Positions 37,071-46,606 are shown, counted from the stretch's first letter. The stretch: 64,000 bases of DNA from Patescibacteria group bacterium (GCA_038064015.1 JBBTUB010000015.1:7093-71092); one strand, 5' to 3'. Notes: a model not told the origin generated them from the sequence alone. Program-made: numbers and translations.

Positions 37071-37781
37071 ATGGAAATTCCCGAAACACCGCCCGCAATG
37101 TTTACTCCTCCGGTCCGTCCGCCGTGGACCTACGCCGCGCTTCCGGTAGCCTTGGTGATCGCGGCCGTACTCATCGCCGGAAGCCTCGTATACACCAAAG
37201 GAGGCCCTCAAAAAGCCAGCGGCGGCCCCAAGACAGGCACGATCAATTATACCGTCGACGATCTCAAGATCTGGGCAGGCAAAATAAAAGGCATTGATAA
37301 AAAAGCATTTGCGACATGCCTTGATTCCGATAAGTATGCGGCTCGAGTCAAGCAAGATATGGAAAGCGGCTCGGCGCTTGGTGTAGATGGCACACCGTCA
37401 TTCTTTATCAATGGCACCCCCCTGGTTGGCGCACAGCCTATTGACCAATTTCGAGCGGCGATTGAGCAAGCGAAGACAAATCCGGGAAAAAAAATCAGCC
37501 TTGGAGCAGAAGATCATATCCTCGGCATGGAGAGCGCGCCGGTGACGATTGTCGAATATAGCGATTTTCAGTGCCCGTTTTGCCGGACATTTTTTGATCA
37601 GACCTACGGCCAGCTTAAAAAAGAATACATCGACACCGGTGTCGTAAAGCTTGCCTATCGCCATTTCCCACTGGGCTTTCATGCAGCCGCTCAAAAATCA
37701 GCGGAGGCCACCGAGTGTGCCAATGATCAAGGCAAATTCTGGGAGATGCATGACGCGATATTCTCGTTGCAGGCAAAATGA
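37071..37781 (+). CDS. DsbA/BdbD-family thiol:disulfide oxidoreductase, membrane-anchored
   Basis: N-terminal TM. Thioredoxin-fold CxxC active site FQCPFCRTFF. ...GVDGTPSFFINGT... typical DsbA C-terminal motif. Confidence 0.7.
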   Translation: MEIPETPPAMFTPPVRPPWTYAALPVALVIAAVLIAGSLVYTKGGPQKASGGPKTGTINYTVDDLKIWAGKIKGIDKKAFATCLDSDKYAARVKQDMESGSALGVDGTPSFFINGTPLVGAQPIDQFRAAIEQAKTNPGKKISLGAEDHILGMESAPVTIVEYSDFQCPFCRTFFDQTYGQLKKEYIDTGVVKLAYRHFPLGFHAAAQKSAEATECANDQGKFWEMHDAIFSLQAK

Positions 37782-38824
37782 AGCGTGTGTATCTTGACCA
37801 CGCCGCAGGGATTGGAAATCCTTCTTCAGTACATCACGAAGGGCGCAAGGCAAAAAAAATACTCGACGACGCCCGCGCCAAGATTGGCGCAGTTTTAAAC
37901 TGCCGGGCCGAAGAAATTATTTTCACGGGGTCTGGAACTGAAGCCAATAATCTGGCAATTTTTGGTGTACCATCGGGGCATATCATCTCAACGAATATCG
38001 AGCATCACTCAGTGCTTCGGCCCTTGGAGAAACGCGGCAACGTTACGTTTGTGCCGGTGAAGCCAAATGGCATCATAAATCCTGACGATATTGCCAAGGC
38101 ACTTCGGCCCGATACGGTTTTAGTCTCAGTCATCTATGCCAACAATGAGATCGGCACGACCCAGCCGATTCGTGCCATTAAGAAAATCATCGGCAACGTG
38201 TTGTTACACACTGACGCGTGCCAGGCAGCCGGGTATCTGGATATTAATGTCCAAAATCTTGGCGTAGATCTCATGACGATCAATGGGGCCAAGATATATG
38301 GCCCCCAGGGCACGGGCGTGCTCTTCGTGCGCCGCGGTACTCGGCTCATGCCGATAATTCTTGGCGGCGATCAGGAGCGCGGACTGCGAGCAGGGACGCA
38401 GAATCCGGTTTTAATTGCCGACTTTGCCAAAGCGCTTAAGCTTGCCGAGAAAAAACGAGAAAAAGAATCAGCGCGCCTGATCAATCTCCGCGATTGGTTC
38501 ATTGCCCAGCTTCCCGACGCAAAGCTCAATGGCGATCCCGTCCAGCGCCTTCCCAACAATATTAATATTTCTTTTGATGATATCGATGGCGAGATGCTTA
38601 TGCTCGCGCTTGACCTCAAAGGCATTGCGGTCTCCACCGGCGCCGCCTGCACCGTGACAAGCACTGAGCCGTCCCACGTGTTGCAGGCGCTACACGCTAC
38701 ACGGGACACGTTACACGATCAGGGCAACATCCGCCTTACCCTCGGCCGCTCAACCACCAAAAAAGACCTGGAGTACACACTCCAAGTCCTCAAAAAAGAA
38801 GTCGCGCGATTGCGATCGCTTTAA
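37778..38824 (+). CDS. cysteine desulfurase (class V aminotransferase, IscS/NifS-like, short)
   Basis: MKRVYLDHAAG...SVHHEGRKA...IIFTGSGTEANN; 348 aa (short for the family). Confidence 0.75.
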   Translation: MKRVYLDHAAGIGNPSSVHHEGRKAKKILDDARAKIGAVLNCRAEEIIFTGSGTEANNLAIFGVPSGHIISTNIEHHSVLRPLEKRGNVTFVPVKPNGIINPDDIAKALRPDTVLVSVIYANNEIGTTQPIRAIKKIIGNVLLHTDACQAAGYLDINVQNLGVDLMTINGAKIYGPQGTGVLFVRRGTRLMPIILGGDQERGLRAGTQNPVLIADFAKALKLAEKKREKESARLINLRDWFIAQLPDAKLNGDPVQRLPNNINISFDDIDGEMLMLALDLKGIAVSTGAACTVTSTEPSHVLQALHATRDTLHDQGNIRLTLGRSTTKKDLEYTLQVLKKEVARLRSL

Positions 38825-39261
38825 TTTTTCCAGAAGCGGTTTTTCTCTCGAAGATACGTCTCAGCCCAAAGCGCGAGCGTAGCGTGATGGGGTTCGGGAA
38901 GCTTGGTGAGTGGAAACCATCCGATCTCATCTACCTTGTCAGGTTCCATATTTTTTGGATTCCCTTGAGTGATTCGGCAGACGTACTGGATCGATACCCA
39001 ATGCTGCTTTTCCTCCGTAAGGAAAGTCTCATCGGTGCCAAATGCTCCCAATATCTCCACCTCAACTCCAAACTCTTCGCGAATTTCTCGACAGATTGCA
39101 TTTCGTGAGTTTTCCCCAAATTCAATAATCCCGCCAGGACGATTCCAATACCCGATCAGATTACGGCTTTTCAGGCCGCGTTTCATTAAGAGCGTCTCAT
39201 CTTTTTCATTGACGATTAGCCCTCCGACTCCGACGCCGATATAATCTACGCCCGGTTGCAT
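38821..39261 (-). CDS. NUDIX hydrolase
   Basis: Nudix box GGIIEFGENSRNAICREIREEFGVEV (Gx5Ex7REUxEExGU). Confidence 0.75.
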   Translation of the reverse strand: MQPGVDYIGVGVGGLIVNEKDETLLMKRGLKSRNLIGYWNRPGGIIEFGENSRNAICREIREEFGVEVEILGAFGTDETFLTEEKQHWVSIQYVCRITQGNPKNMEPDKVDEIGWFPLTKLPEPHHATLALWAETYLREKNRFWKN

Positions 39262-39896
39262 TAGGAAGTTTTTTTATTAAAATGTATGGATATAAGTCCA
39301 TTAATGACAATCACGATCGTGTAAAAGAAGAGGCTCATTTGCATGATGGTCGTTATCCTTGCAAGAGAACTGACGGGATAAATATCGCCATATCCGACCG
39401 TAATGTAGGTGGCAAAACTAAAGTAAAGACTATCAAGGATATGCAAGGGATGAGAAAAAGACTCCGGATTGGCAATCGAAATCATTTGATACCAAAGAGC
39501 AAAAATAAGAACGAGTTGCATGACGTTAAGAGCGAACATGACGATGAGCCATTCACCGCGTTTTTGAGGATCATGAAAAAGAGAGAAGATTCTCCCGCGG
39601 TTGAAAATAAAATTGCGTGAATACACAATCATAAATTCAAGAACACGCTGTACGAGTAGTATGCAGATGATGACGCCTAACCAATAGGGGATGTATTGGA
39701 TCGTAAGAAGAAGACCAAAACACACGAACGTGATAACGATCATCATCACCTCCAACTTAATAAAAATCCGCTCGTCTGATTTCTTAAAAAACCATTGAGC
39801 GAATGTAAAGTTTCGATTTCCCCACTCGATACATCGGCTAAACCAAGAAATAATAAAGCTATGCTCCGAATGATGATGAAGTTCTTGTACAATGTG
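39261..39896 (-). CDS. potassium channel family protein (pore loop TVGYGD)
   Basis: Selectivity filter FSFATYITVGYGDIYPVS flanked by TM helices. The longest ORF (to 39920) would overlap tRNA-Lys, so the true start is probably internal. Confidence 0.6.
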   Translation of the reverse strand, partial: HIVQELHHHSEHSFIISWFSRCIEWGNRNFTFAQWFFKKSDERIFIKLEVMMIVITFVCFGLLLTIQYIPYWLGVIICILLVQRVLEFMIVYSRNFIFNRGRIFSLFHDPQKRGEWLIVMFALNVMQLVLIFALWYQMISIANPESFSHPLHILDSLYFSFATYITVGYGDIYPVSSLARITTIMQMSLFFYTIVIVINGLISIHFNKKTS

Positions 39897-39969
39897 TGCG
39901 CCCGGTTGGAGTCGAACCAACGACCTTCTCCTTAAGAGGGAGCAGCTCTACCAACTGAGCTACGGGCGC
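39897..39969 (-). tRNA. tRNA-Lys (anticodon CUU)
   Basis: Acceptor GCGCCCG/CGGGCGC. Anticodon loop CUCUUAA. T-loop UUCGACU. G27:A43 mismatch. Confidence 0.8.
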
Positions 39970-39999
39970 CGTGAAAAAATCCTAGCAGATTTTTTCACA

Positions 40000-40650
40000 C
40001 TATTCCAGTTCCGCTTCGATCGCGATGCGGTTTTTTGAGCTGCCGATGGGCCAGCAGGTGACGATGGCAAGAATAGGTTTCGCGTTGTTTTCTAATTCCG
40101 CAAGTCGCGCGTTACCGTCGGCTTCGAGCGGATTGAAGACGATGGACTGCTTCATACGATAGTTAAAAACTCTTCCGTCGCTGTACTTGACCGAGATGCG
40201 ATCTCCCGGCACGAGCTTGCCAATGAGCGCGCAGGGAGCGCCGTATTTGTTGTATTGCCACGGATAGAGCGAGCTGTGGCAGAGTACCGCCGAAAGACCG
40301 CCTTGGCCGGGTTTTGTGGTGGGAGAATAGTGTACCATGCCACCGGTGAGGTTTTTGTAGATGTCATCGGCATTAGCACCTACGCCAAATACGATCGGCA
40401 CCGAGACGTTTATTTTCTCGATCGTGATGGTTGCCTGATTCGGGAGTGGCTGTTGGTCAATCGTGGATACGGGCAGCAAGATGGGCTGGATCAGCGCGAG
40501 GCCGGATGCCGCAACCTTATGGTCATCCGGCTTCACGCGCTCAAACCAGTACTGCGCGTTGATATAGATCACCGGCCCGTTGACGAATACATATACCGCC
40601 ACCGCGGAGACGATGAATGCTTTGATAAAGCGAACGAGCATGGTGCTCAT
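40000..40650 (-). CDS. sortase-family transpeptidase
   Basis: N-terminal TM anchor. Catalytic His (AVLCHSS), TLxTC-like active site ILAIVTCWP, conserved Arg (KNRIAIEAEL). Confidence 0.7.
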   Translation of the reverse strand: MSTMLVRFIKAFIVSAVAVYVFVNGPVIYINAQYWFERVKPDDHKVAASGLALIQPILLPVSTIDQQPLPNQATITIEKINVSVPIVFGVGANADDIYKNLTGGMVHYSPTTKPGQGGLSAVLCHSSLYPWQYNKYGAPCALIGKLVPGDRISVKYSDGRVFNYRMKQSIVFNPLEADGNARLAELENNAKPILAIVTCWPIGSSKNRIAIEAELE

Positions 40651-40659
40651 ATACGGCTA

Positions 40660-43600
40660 TTATACCACGAAGTTAAACTTGTTCTTGTTCGCTTTTGCTT
40701 TTCCTACGATGCTCCACGCTTCATGCTTGCGGAAGAATCCGGTTTGCGTGTAGGCCATATAGCCAAGTGCGAGGGCGACGGTCAAGGCGAGTGAGAGTGC
40801 CACCGTACTGCCGGCACCGGTCTTGGGATCGGCGATGCCCACGAGCACGGAGCCATTATGGACTTTGATCGGAAGATCGTCGTGGATTTCGCCGATATTA
40901 TCTGCTCTTGTGTAGGCGACGTTGGTCATCGGGGTCACGCCTTTGGCAAAGTAGTCGGCATACTTGACGACTGCGTTGAATCGTACGATTGCTTCCTGAT
41001 TGGGCGCGAGTGAACCGATGTTAATGCCACCGCTGATGATGCCATCGGCGACCAAGTTGCCATTGAGGCTCGTGGTGTTATTGATGTACTGCAAGCCGTG
41101 TGGCAAGGTATCGCGTACGATCACGTTGTTCGCGGTGACCGAAGAGGTATTGCGAACGCGGATAAAGAAGTCTAGCGTATCACCGGGAGCGGCCTTCAGG
41201 GAGTTCTGCTCATTGATTTCTCCTTTGCTGACATTGCGACCCGTCTTGTGGATCGTGAGGCCGTAGCTCGGGGTGCTGTTGACGTAGACCGTGCAGGTCG
41301 CGTAGCCGTGCGCATTGTCAGATACGCTGATCGCGTAGGTGCCCGCTGCGTTGAAGCTCGTTGAGAATGAGCTTCCGGTGCCGCTGGTGCGCGTGCTATT
41401 GGCGGCATACCAGGAGTATGTTCCCGTGCCATTGTGGGCATTGAGGTACACAGTTTGGTACACGTTGGCGTACTGATAGGAAGGCGTGCAGTAAAGCTGC
41501 GACGTTTGCCGAGTGACATGGATCTGCGCGGTATCGTAGATTTGTGTGATGCCATCCGCGCGAGCGTAGCCATAGTTGGTAAGGGTGAGTGTGTTGTTGC
41601 TGAATTGGGCGCTATCGGAAACTTGCGCTCGGAAGATGATGGTTTTCGTCTGGCCGGGAGTCAGCGTGTTGATGTTGATCCCGCTGGTCGTAATCCCATC
41701 GCCGTAGTTGACGCCATCAACTTTAGTAGATCCACTCAGATACGTAACGTACGGAGGCAACGTGTCGGAGACGATCACGTTGTTGATGTTCGCACTGCCG
41801 GTATTGGTCACGCGAAGCATGAACTCTACCATATCCTGCGGCTGGGCATTGACTGACTCCGCTTCGCCATATCCGCGCGTGATGTTTGAAACACGCTTGC
41901 TGATTGAGAGCTGGCCCTGGTTGGGCTGGACATAGACTGAGCAGGTGTCGCTTTGATTGCCGCTGGTGACTGTAACGATCTTGGTGCCGGTGCTCCCGTA
42001 GGTCGTGCTAAAGCTTGAGCCGGTATTGCCGGAAGGATTGCCGGTGGGTGCTGACCAGCTGTAGGTGCCATTTCCGCCGGTTGCGGAGAAACTGACATAC
42101 TGATTCATGTTTATATTTTGGTTCGAGGGACTGCATACCACGACTGGAGTGTTTTTGGTTACTAAGACTGATGCCTGGGCACTCAAGGTCGAGGTGCCAT
42201 CTGCGCGCGCGTAGGCCGTATTAACGAGCGTCTCGGTACCAATACTGAATTGACTATCGCCAGCGACTTGAGCGCGGAAGCGAATTTCCCGAGTCTGGCC
42301 GGAAACCGTCGTATTGATGTTGATGCCGCCATTGACGAAGTTATCGCTGGCAGTCGAGCCATCAACCGTTACTGAGCCACTGATGAAGTTGAGGCGGCCG
42401 GGAAGCGTATCGCTCACAAAGGTATTGGTCGCGCTGCCGGTGCCGCTGTTGGTTACTCGGATGACAAACTCAACCGTATTGCCGGGAATAGCAGTAACCG
42501 ACGTCGCTTCTCCGGAGTTTTGGGTTACATTGAGAACACGCTTTGAGATGCTCAATGACGGAGTAAGGTCGGTGTGGCTTTGCACTTTGTCAAACGCGGC
42601 GCATACTGCGGTGAGACTATTGTGGCTTGAATTGTCAGGATGCGCGGCATGTGCCGGAATGATCGTCGAGACCGCTGAGCCGAGCACGAGGGCGGTGTTC
42701 ACGATATCATTGCGAACATAGCTCTGGTTTTGAGGAATGTCTCTGCTCGCATTGGTGCGGGCAACCATGTTGCCATTGCTGCCTTTCAGTTCAAGATAGT
42801 ACTGTTCACGCTGTTGGTTTTCCTGATTCGGGTGATCGTCAAAAGACTCCAGCGTTACCCGGTAGGTGCCGGCGGGAAGCGAGGCATGTGCGTTCTCTTG
42901 CGTGCGGCGTCCGGCGCCGGACTTTGAGCTCATCCAGACGTTGTTGGGATCGTTGATGCCGTTGTGAAACTTGACGAGCGTGCGGCTCTCGTAGCCCGCA
43001 GGTGTCGCTGGCCCAAGGTTGCAGTTCAATGAGGTGAGATCGGTATTTGGAGTAGGACGAGGGGTCGGAGTGGGAGTGGCGATTACTTCAGGGGCGACAA
43101 CACGAACCTTAAACGTAATGTAGCGGAGGTGTTCGTAACAGCCCTGTTGATTGCCTAAGTTGATGGTTTCGTGATTGCCGATGGAACGGGTTGTTCCCAC
43201 CTGGCTAAGATCATCCCGCAGGATTCGCAACGTGCCGGGAATGATTTCCAGGGTTTCATCTGCACTGGTTTTAAAAAGATATCCGCCGCTGATCTTGGAA
43301 GCGTTGTCAGCCTTCGCATCAACGTAGACGCCGTGGCTTGTGCCCGTGCCGGCATCCGTGCGAATTTCCACTCGGACATTTTTAGCGGTCGTGATGCCGT
43401 CGATTCCCGTATCGAGGGCGCCATTATGCACATAGATGCGTACGGTACCTTCTTGGCCGGCATGGAGTGTCGTGCCTTGCTCAAGCTGGGCATCGCTCAT
43501 GGGGTATGAGCCGCCATCAGCTTTTCCTGAAACCAGGGGATAGTCGCCACAAGCATCTGAACCCGTGTAGTCAACCGGGAAAGGATTTAAGCGTGCCCCA

Positions 43601-43770
43601 TTTTTATAGGTGGTGCAATCCGTCGCGGATACGTTGCTGGGCGTCGACAGCGCCAAGCCAAAAGCCACTCCTGCGAGAGCTACTGCTACGACTGCGAGAC
43701 TCACTTTCATATTGCGAATACTCATACTATTTTTTCGGTATTCCAGGCCCATTACCTCCGGAATACACAA
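40660..43770 (-). CDS. large cell-surface protein with three DUF11 (TIGR01451 conserved repeat) domains and C-terminal sorting-signal-like anchor
   Basis: 1036 aa. Signal peptide. Three repeats of ...V(T/R)N(S/T)GxxxxxNxxVxDTLPxxLxxxxGSxxVDG. PTPTP linker. C-terminal IADPKTGAGS + hydrophobic helix + basic tail (RKHEAW...KAKANKNK). Confidence 0.7.
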   Translation of the reverse strand: MCIPEVMGLEYRKNSMSIRNMKVSLAVVAVALAGVAFGLALSTPSNVSATDCTTYKNGARLNPFPVDYTGSDACGDYPLVSGKADGGSYPMSDAQLEQGTTLHAGQEGTVRIYVHNGALDTGIDGITTAKNVRVEIRTDAGTGTSHGVYVDAKADNASKISGGYLFKTSADETLEIIPGTLRILRDDLSQVGTTRSIGNHETINLGNQQGCYEHLRYITFKVRVVAPEVIATPTPTPRPTPNTDLTSLNCNLGPATPAGYESRTLVKFHNGINDPNNVWMSSKSGAGRRTQENAHASLPAGTYRVTLESFDDHPNQENQQREQYYLELKGSNGNMVARTNASRDIPQNQSYVRNDIVNTALVLGSAVSTIIPAHAAHPDNSSHNSLTAVCAAFDKVQSHTDLTPSLSISKRVLNVTQNSGEATSVTAIPGNTVEFVIRVTNSGTGSATNTFVSDTLPGRLNFISGSVTVDGSTASDNFVNGGININTTVSGQTREIRFRAQVAGDSQFSIGTETLVNTAYARADGTSTLSAQASVLVTKNTPVVVCSPSNQNINMNQYVSFSATGGNGTYSWSAPTGNPSGNTGSSFSTTYGSTGTKIVTVTSGNQSDTCSVYVQPNQGQLSISKRVSNITRGYGEAESVNAQPQDMVEFMLRVTNTGSANINNVIVSDTLPPYVTYLSGSTKVDGVNYGDGITTSGININTLTPGQTKTIIFRAQVSDSAQFSNNTLTLTNYGYARADGITQIYDTAQIHVTRQTSQLYCTPSYQYANVYQTVYLNAHNGTGTYSWYAANSTRTSGTGSSFSTSFNAAGTYAISVSDNAHGYATCTVYVNSTPSYGLTIHKTGRNVSKGEINEQNSLKAAPGDTLDFFIRVRNTSSVTANNVIVRDTLPHGLQYINNTTSLNGNLVADGIISGGINIGSLAPNQEAIVRFNAVVKYADYFAKGVTPMTNVAYTRADNIGEIHDDLPIKVHNGSVLVGIADPKTGAGSTVALSLALTVALALGYMAYTQTGFFRKHEAWSIVGKAKANKNKFNFVV

Positions 43771-43901
43771 TTAATTATTTTTTGTTCTCCGACGAACACG
43801 ACTGATGCTTTTCTTGAGAACCAATCGTGTTGGTCTGAAATTGTTGTTGGGGGCAGGTGGGAGGAGGACGCGGTGGTCGCTCCCACCTGCGCTCCCGAGG
43901 A

Positions 43902-44678
43902 CTAGATGTTGTTCCCTTGAACTCGGCTCTGATTCTGCTTGTGGGCCTGGCCGTTCAGGATGATGCCGAGCACGGTGCCGGCGCCCCCCACGATCGGGAT
44001 CCCGATGCAGACCTTCTTGTGGCGTCCGCACCAGGAGCGCTTCTTGACCACGACGGGTGGCGTCGCTGGACACGTCGGACAGGTGGGACAGTTCGGGCAG
44101 GACTCCTTCACGATCCGCTCCACCTCCTTCGTAACGATCCTTTCGACAGTTTGAGGTGGGGGAAGGTAGGCATCACCCGCTGTTACCTTGTTGCCGCACC
44201 GGTCGACCACGAGGATGTTGCAAAGTTTACCGCGGTCGGGGAGCTCTGAGCAGGACGACTCCTTGACGTGGACTGCTTCTCCTGGCTTCAAGGTCACAAC
44301 CGTAGAGTTGCAGTGGGCATCGAGGAACGAGACCACTGCAGGCTTCACGAGGTGGACGCCGAGTTGGCCGGGTTGTTGCCAGCTTGCGAGGAACCCTCGC
44401 TTGCTCTGGGGGTTGGATCGGATGATCTTGTCCGAGTCCTGATCCCGCATGTCTTTGCTGTTCTTGATGCACAGTGCCGGAATTTCCGTAGACCGATTGT
44501 AGTAGTCGGGCGTGGGTAAGTCGGTATTGAGCTCACAACGGCAGGGGCTTCCAGCACTCGTTGTCTCACTCGTGTCCTTTGGTGCTGCCGCCTTGGTGGG
44601 CGGGGCGACCACGACCACGAATAGGAGTTCGAGCAATGCCGCGAGAAGAAGACGACGCAAACGGAGACTGAGCATCAT
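43902..44678 (-). CDS. hypothetical secreted Cys-rich protein with C-terminal TM; GC-rich, probably horizontally acquired
   Basis: 258 aa. Signal peptide (LLLAALLELLFVVVVA), CPNCPTCPTCP motif, C-terminal helix VCIGIPIVGGAGTVLGIIL. Local GC and GC3 clearly higher than flanks. Confidence 0.5.
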   Translation of the reverse strand: MMLSLRLRRLLLAALLELLFVVVVAPPTKAAAPKDTSETTSAGSPCRCELNTDLPTPDYYNRSTEIPALCIKNSKDMRDQDSDKIIRSNPQSKRGFLASWQQPGQLGVHLVKPAVVSFLDAHCNSTVVTLKPGEAVHVKESSCSELPDRGKLCNILVVDRCGNKVTAGDAYLPPPQTVERIVTKEVERIVKESCPNCPTCPTCPATPPVVVKKRSWCGRHKKVCIGIPIVGGAGTVLGIILNGQAHKQNQSRVQGNNI

Positions 44679-44880
44679 GGCAACGGCCTTTTTTCCTGGT
44701 TCGGAGTTGACTGATCTGAGTTTTGAAGAACACTATTTTTGCCTGCACTTGCCGACAAATAGCTATAACCGATCCGGTTCCAGCTATCTGCGGGTAAATA
44801 AATAGCCTCTTTCAGGCTGAACGTACTATACACCACTGGAAAATTAAAGTCAAGTGTGGTAGGGTAAATGGTGAATCCAC

Positions 44881-44952
44881 GCGCCCGTGGTGAAATGGAT
44901 ATCACGACAGGCTTCGAACCTGTTGTTCCAAGTTCGAGTCTTGGCGGGCGCA
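44881..44952 (+). tRNA. tRNA-Arg (anticodon UCG)
   Basis: Acceptor GCGCCCG/CGGGCGC. Anticodon loop CUUCGAA. T-loop UUCGAGU. Confidence 0.8.
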
Positions 44953-45004
44953 CTTCGGTCTGGTGACCTCAGCACTTCCTCGCTCTCGCTCGGTCGCACC
45001 TAGC

Positions 45005-45035
45005 AAAAAACCTTCCCCAAGTGGGAAGGTTTTTT
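45005..45035. terminator. bidirectional rho-independent terminator
   Basis: aaaaaaccttcccc-aagt-gggaaggttttttgttttt: perfect hairpin flanked by A-run and T-run, between tRNA-Arg (+) and the 3D-domain gene (-). Confidence 0.65.
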
Positions 45036-45039
45036 GTTT

Positions 45040-45597
45040 TTAGGATCCGAGAACTTCGATACGTACCGTGCGGCGGCCCCAATTGATCGCGTCGGGCTTA
45101 TGCTCAAACCATACGTCAACGCGATCAGAGAAGCGTCTTGCCATGCGGTCATGGACGACGAAGACCTTGTCACCATAATAGTCGGGGATTCTAATTTCCG
45201 TACCAAAGGGTAAGAAGTTTGCAGCAACCATACCCCAATATACGCGTGAGCCGTCAGCGGCGATAAACGGCGTGCTGTCAGTTTGCGCCTCTTCGGAGTT
45301 GTATCCGGTAGAAGTTACAAACATTTCCCGGGCGACGGCGAGTGTCGCGCCGCGGACTGCCTGAATGGCGGGCGCCGCGGATTGTACCGGAGCGTAGTGC
45401 GCCACGAGGAAATTATCCTGGACGATCACCGCTTTGCCAGTCTCGGTGAACTCAATGACGCCTGATTGTGTAGCCGTGACATAGGGTTGCTGGCTCGCAG
45501 AAGCAATTGACTCATCTTCTTGGGCCGCGAGAACGATACCAGTAAACGTGAGAGAGATAATCTTCGCGGCGATAAAGGCTTTCTTAAACGTAGTCAT
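45040..45597 (-). CDS. secreted 3D-domain protein (MltA/YocH-like cell-wall-binding domain)
   Basis: Signal peptide. ...TSTGYNSEEAQTDSTPFIAADGSRV...VAANFLPFGTEIRIPDYYGDKVFVVHDRMARRFSDRVDVWF resembles the 3D domain with conserved Asp residues. Confidence 0.6.
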   Translation of the reverse strand: MTTFKKAFIAAKIISLTFTGIVLAAQEDESIASASQQPYVTATQSGVIEFTETGKAVIVQDNFLVAHYAPVQSAAPAIQAVRGATLAVAREMFVTSTGYNSEEAQTDSTPFIAADGSRVYWGMVAANFLPFGTEIRIPDYYGDKVFVVHDRMARRFSDRVDVWFEHKPDAINWGRRTVRIEVLGS

Positions 45598-45696
45598 AGG
45601 TTTATAAAAAGTGGCTTATTAGGCCACTTTCTTGCTAAAATCTACCCTACTTAATCGTATGGGTATATAATAGCATATCTAGACTATGAAGTCAAG

Positions 45697-46581
45697 TTAT
45701 CGAGCCACGACGGTGACTACTAAAATGAGGATGATCAGCGGCATGAGAAACCCTAGAACCGTCAGCCAGGTGATCAGTTTTTTGTCTTTTTGCGCTTCCG
45801 CACCTAATATCACCTGGCCTTTTATGGATTTGAGGTTCGTATAGATTCTTAGGCTGAATAACATAGCAAAGGGAGTGATCACGATCGAGAGAAGCTGCTG
45901 GAGGATTTGCAACACTGCTTCGACGCCGGTGCCTTCGAGCGCGAGAGCTGATCCGATGCTGGCAAAGATTATAAAAACAATATAGATACCGCCAACGATG
46001 AGTCCCATCAACAAAGTTCGTCCGAAAACCGGCCACCAATAGTTGCGGGCGTATTCGCGGCTTTTCAGGAGCGCCTGGAATCCCCGATCGCCTTCGCTCA
46101 AAAAGATATAGAGCGCAAACATAAACCAGACTGAAAAGATGATGCCGGGAATCACGCCGAGCAAAAACCCTCCAATGGCGATTACTCCCGAAATGAAAGA
46201 GATCCAAAAATATGAACCGATCTTTCTCCATGATTGGCGAAAAGACTCTTGAACCCCGACTCCTTCGCTTGCGTGAACCATGGCATAGAGCAATGCGACG
46301 GCACTCCAGAGGTAGATGATGATGGCCGCTATGATAGCGATGATGAGCACCATGATGCCTCCTCCGGCTACCAGATACGAAGAACGGAGCGTGTCTTGGC
46401 CGAGCAGGGCACCACCGACTCCGAAAGCAACCAGCAAGAGCGTGACGATCGTCGGGATCACCGAGATGCCGATATAGGTCCAAAACCGCTGGGTATAGTC
46501 ACCCCAGGTTTCCTTCAAAAGTTTTCCGGTGCCGGGTAGCATGGGTCGTAGCACGGGTGCAGACATAGTCGGTTCGTCCAT
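45697..46581 (-). CDS. hypothetical polytopic membrane protein
   Basis: 294 aa with about 6-7 TM helices. The 45692-46483 His/Arg-rich ORF is an alternative frame of the same strand and was rejected. Confidence 0.5.
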   Translation of the reverse strand: MDEPTMSAPVLRPMLPGTGKLLKETWGDYTQRFWTYIGISVIPTIVTLLLVAFGVGGALLGQDTLRSSYLVAGGGIMVLIIAIIAAIIIYLWSAVALLYAMVHASEGVGVQESFRQSWRKIGSYFWISFISGVIAIGGFLLGVIPGIIFSVWFMFALYIFLSEGDRGFQALLKSREYARNYWWPVFGRTLLMGLIVGGIYIVFIIFASIGSALALEGTGVEAVLQILQQLLSIVITPFAMLFSLRIYTNLKSIKGQVILGAEAQKDKKLITWLTVLGFLMPLIILILVVTVVAR

Positions 46582-46606
46582 AAAAAAGTTGGTTAATTGT
46601 ACTCAG

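Noticed and set aside
39897-39920. N-terminal 8 codons of the K+ channel ORF (MVRLQPGA...)
   Set aside because: They overlap tRNA-Lys(CUU) on the same strand; the true start is likely internal.
43855-43886. Inverted repeat ggtgggag...ctcccacc downstream of the GC-rich gene, considered as terminator or att site
   Set aside because: The stem is only 8 bp with a 16-nt loop and there is no flanking T-run. It may be a weak terminator but is not convincing enough to list.
44675-44953. 92-aa ORF on minus strand
   Set aside because: It overlaps tRNA-Arg(UCG) and the promoter region, and has no coding signal.
45692-46483. 263-aa His/Arg-rich ORF on minus strand
   Set aside because: It is an alternative frame of the same strand as the better-supported 294-aa membrane protein (45697-46581). 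Its composition is typical of an out-of-frame translation of a hydrophobic-protein gene.
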